From Octopus bimaculoides (taxonomy: Eukaryota): 33,016 bases of DNA. The stretch lies in contig NC_068994.1 in NCBI RefSeq assembly GCF_001194135.2, positions 3,786,665 through 3,819,680 on the forward strand, read 5' to 3'. Numbering within the stretch: the first letter of the stretch is position 1; every line of letters starts with the position of its first letter. Made by a program: the position numbers and the translations under genes. Below the pieces are notes generated by a model. That model saw nothing but the letters and a program-made list of their open reading frames with translations. It made no database searches and was not told the origin of the DNA. Positions 31,255-33,016 of the stretch are shown here, one piece after another.

Positions 31255-32760
31255 GTTAGCTGCTATCATTCTGCCATCAGCTTTCGAACTTCCGTTCGAA
31301 TATTTCATCTTCAAAATCGCAGTTTTATCATTTTTTTCTTCTTAAAGGTTCTTGAGAACATACTGAAATATCTACCTCTAAGTCAACAATGACCGATCAC
31401 GTGATCAGAAACATCATCAAAGCTTTAGAAGCACTGAATATTTACGGGTGTAATTCACAAAAGTCTTCCACAGTTCATAAATGGCTGAAAGCTTCTCTAA
31501 CTCAAAAATGTTATTTCAAATTCTGCAATGAATACGTTTGAAAAAGACTTGGAAAAACCGTGGATTTTACAGTTTTTAATGAATTCTGACTGATACAGAA
31601 AAGAGTTTTACCCATTTTATCACCGCACGTTTATACTGGGAAAGTAACAGTTTTAATATTGAAGACTTTGCTGAATGAGAACTCAGAAACTGCAGCTAAC
31701 GATATGAAAAAATATTCAAATGATAGCAAAATATCTAATAAAAAATGTGTTGCATTTGGAACAGGGAAAACTAATTTGAAATTTGGAGGAATCGATCGTA
31801 AAGGTCAGGAAGACATTTTTTATCAAATGAAAAAAATTGTTTGGATGATGAAATTAAAGATGTCGGCTGCTTTGCTCGTATTTGTCACAACGCAATTCGA
31901 TATCTTTCTCGTAGGCTTGAACTTAATATGGAAGTAGTAACAATGAAATTTTACTCTTTTTCTTTTTTCAGTAACTCATCCGTAAATACAAAACATTTGA
32001 GAGATTTTTATTCTTTTGTTGACAATGAATATAAAATACTTTTGTCTCACGATAAAACGGGTTTGCTTTCATTTCCTTTTAAATACAACATTGAAGCATT
32101 CGTAGAAAAAAAAGTTGTGGTAACACGCAGTGCAAAATGATAAACTTGTAATGTTTTCACGGTTGTGATGATTTTGTTTGTGAAAACAATTTCACTTGAT
32201 TCTATTAAGCAGATCATAATCAAACAATTGATAACTATGGCTCTGTCGATATTTTCTACAGGATATAGGTAACTAAAAATTCGATTCGATATAAATGACA
32301 ATCATTGTAGCCATGCAACAGGCGAAACAGCTTTCTGAAAACTCACGAAGAATTTTGCAGTCATTCGATTCGGGATTTAGACTTGAATTTCCAAGATTTG
32401 TGAGCAAATATGCCTATGGTCTCCTGAAATGGCTCTCAATTTCTGGGAGAAAGAGAATCAGAGCTCTTCAAGCAATGGCAGAAGCATCGGAGAAGAGTTC
32501 TAACTGGATCTGGTCAAAGAGGAGTGAAAGGGAATTTTAAAAGGCATAATGTACCCTACAGTCAAATGTCGTCTTCGACTAAACTGGCTCTGGTGCACCT
32601 TAACCATTTAAGACGGTTGCAATGCACACAATACTAGCACTCCGTCGATTACGTTTTCAGCTTTAACAGTAATGAAGGTAAAATATCTCACAACTATGGA
32701 GAATTATGGAGAATTCCCTTCAGAAGATCAATAACAAATATGAAGCCACTGTTTGATGTA
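31255..32760 (+). pseudogene. Decayed hAT-superfamily transposase
   Basis: Frameshifted pieces: YHSAISFRTS; ENSETAA; AFGTGKTNLKFGGIDRKG (cf. AF..DN.N.NFGG); GCFARICHNAI (cf. GC.AH..HN, the CxxH motif); KFYSF; EYKILLSHDKTGLLSF (cf. KTRWLSL). Catalytic residues mutated. TIRs not found. Confidence 0.78.
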
Positions 32761-32904
32761 CCAAAACATATTTCTTTCTCACTGAAGATATTCATATCGT
32801 ATATTTATTGTTATTAATAAATGTTTGTTTAATTTTTAGTTTTGTATTTAGACTGTTTTTGGAATTTTCTGTTTGATTTTAGTAAATCATTTTACATTTT
32901 TCTG

Positions 32905-33016
32905 TGTTATTTTTCTTACTTCAGTCATTAGATTGCAGCCATGCTGGAGCACCGCCCTGAAGAATATTAGTCGAACGAATGGACCCCGGTACCTTTTATA
33001 TAAGCCTGGTACTTAT
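32905..33016 (-). mobile_element. SINE family A-type 3' end, cut by window end
   Basis: cttcagtcattagattgcagccatgctggagcaccgcc...gacccc...aagcctggtacttat. Confidence 0.8.

Noticed and set aside
1-33016. CRISPR arrays, rRNA, prokaryotic operons or defence systems
   Set aside because: No repeat-spacer arrays, rRNA-like sequence or dense coding; the window is eukaryotic repeat-rich DNA.

Overview
AT-rich, microsatellite-saturated animal genomic DNA from a draft assembly (six N-gaps, 3,101 N in total). The SINE, RTE and Penelope-type repeats resemble what I recall from Octopus/coleoid cephalopod genomes; that taxon call is pattern recognition, not a database result. There is one convincing gene: an uninterrupted 788-aa minus-strand ORF (2267..4633) encoding a six-finger C2H2 zinc-finger transcription factor with long Asn/His/Thr/Ser/Gly low-complexity tracts, a Cys/Ser-rich repeat and a decayed extra finger near the C-terminus. 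About 1.1-1.2 kb upstream of its ATG lies a phased array of four AGCCAATCAAA (CCAAT) boxes. The rest is repeat: at least three tRNA-derived SINE families, a dead RTE-clade LINE RT fragment plus RTE 3' tails, a Penelope-like terminus with an inverted repeat and a hammerhead-like fold, a dispersed repeat carrying a CTGCTA-GAAA-TAGCAG hairpin, a dead hAT transposase, minisatellites, and two long opposite-polarity purine/pyrimidine tracts. Almost all other ORFs in the track are artefacts of microsatellites or N-gaps. Best leads: fingers 3-6 share one recognition code (possible trinucleotide-repeat binder), two degenerate hammerhead-like motifs, the phased CCAAT array, the modular SINE that breaks at its internal microsatellite, and a perfect 29-bp palindrome in a motif-dense region near 30.5-31.0 kb. 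Repeat boundaries are approximate (about +/-20 nt).
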